Part shown: one piece after another, positions 63,346 to 64,000 of the stretch
Layout of the letters: each line of letters begins with the position of its first letter
Numbering within the stretch: the first letter of the stretch is position 1
Source: a virus
Taxonomy: Duplodnaviria; Caudoviricetes
Strand: one strand, 5' to 3'
IMG/VR virus record: IMGVR_UViG_3300028809_000013
Location: 332 to 64,331 of that record
Length of the DNA stretch: 64,000 nt
Notes under the pieces: generated by a model
Seen by the model: only the letters and a program-made list of their open reading frames with translations
Database searches by the model: none
What the model was told of the DNA's origin: nothing
Translations under genes and position numbers: made by a program

Positions 63346-64000
63346 GCGGCCACCTCCAGCGGAGCGTCAAACTCCTCCGGCCACGGCGCATACTCCCGTT
63401 CCGCCAGCCCCACGGTTTCCCCAGCGATGCCCATCTGCCGCTTCAGCCGCACCGCCTCCGCCCGGCGACCGTCCCGGAGCGCCGCAACGAGGTGGATCAT
63501 GTCCAGCTCACGGCCGGTGTAGCCCCGGAACCCGCCGCCACTGGCCGCAGCCCGCATCGGCGCCGCTGCCGGCACGTCGGCGTCCTCGTCCACCGGCCAC
63601 CACGGCTCCAGCTTCAGCTTGGACCGGGCAGTCCGCATGTGGCGCTCAACCGTATCGTCGTCCCGGAAGATCGTTTCCGGGTAGGTGTAGTCCACGCCGT
63701 CCGGATTCCGACTGCGGTCCGCCCCGGTCATGAACCCATCGGCCCGCGCCCCGGCCACCGCCAGCCGAAGCTGCTCCCGGTTGTAGCCGGCCCGGAGCCG
63801 GTCGCGGACTTTCCGCCACCCGCGGCTCTTGGGATCGTAGTTGCGCTTCCGCCCCGTCGCTGAACGCCAATCGTCCAGCACTGCCGCCACTTCCGTAGCC
63901 TCCCGGTCCGACTTCCTCTCCTTTGGCGCCTCAATTTCCTTGTGGGGAAGGGAAGAGGGGAGAAAGGGGGAGGAGGAAGAGGCGGGGGGGACTATAGGGG
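63342..64000 (-). CDS. Replication initiator protein, C-terminal part (enters from the right edge)
   Basis: Frame stays open to the edge (PIVPP...); RL..GY....L..AV...W/F...PETIFR pattern of phage replication-protein C-terminal domains. Confidence 0.65.
   Translation of the reverse strand, partial: PIVPPASSSSPFLPSSLPHKEIEAPKERKSDREATEVAAVLDDWRSATGRKRNYDPKSRGWRKVRDRLRAGYNREQLRLAVAGARADGFMTGADRSRNPDGVDYTYPETIFRDDDTVERHMRTARSKLKLEPWWPVDEDADVPAAAPMRAAASGGGFRGYTGRELDMIHLVAALRDGRRAEAVRLKRQMGIAGETVGLAEREYAPWPEEFDAPLEVAA

Overview
A high-GC, gene-dense tailed-phage genome with podovirus-like morphogenesis genes. It is probably nearly complete and circular, because one replication-initiator gene appears split across the two window ends. 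The minus strand carries replication genes (primase-helicase, SNF2 helicase, beta clamp, SSB-like protein), packaging genes (TerS-like protein, intein-containing TerL, portal), head, neck and tail genes, and very large ejection/polyvalent proteins. Small accessory cassettes with sigma70-like promoters are inserted among them, often antisense. The main finding is a TIGR-Tas-like RNA-guided system. Four dispersed arrays of ~36-nt dual-repeat/dual-spacer units (34 units counted by eye, at ~8.2, 38.1, 39.1 and 54.4 kb) accompany one Nop-domain Tas-like protein (54633-55913). That protein shows no RuvC or HNH motif but has an N-terminal RNA polymerase alpha-CTD-like domain, making it a candidate RNA-programmed transcription regulator. 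Also notable are a promoter-driven ~410-nt structured ncRNA, a tRNA-like RNA between two in-frame giant ORFs, a class-3 intein starting with Glu, and a TPR plus lipopeptide module. All calls come from reading motifs by eye; no database searches were run.
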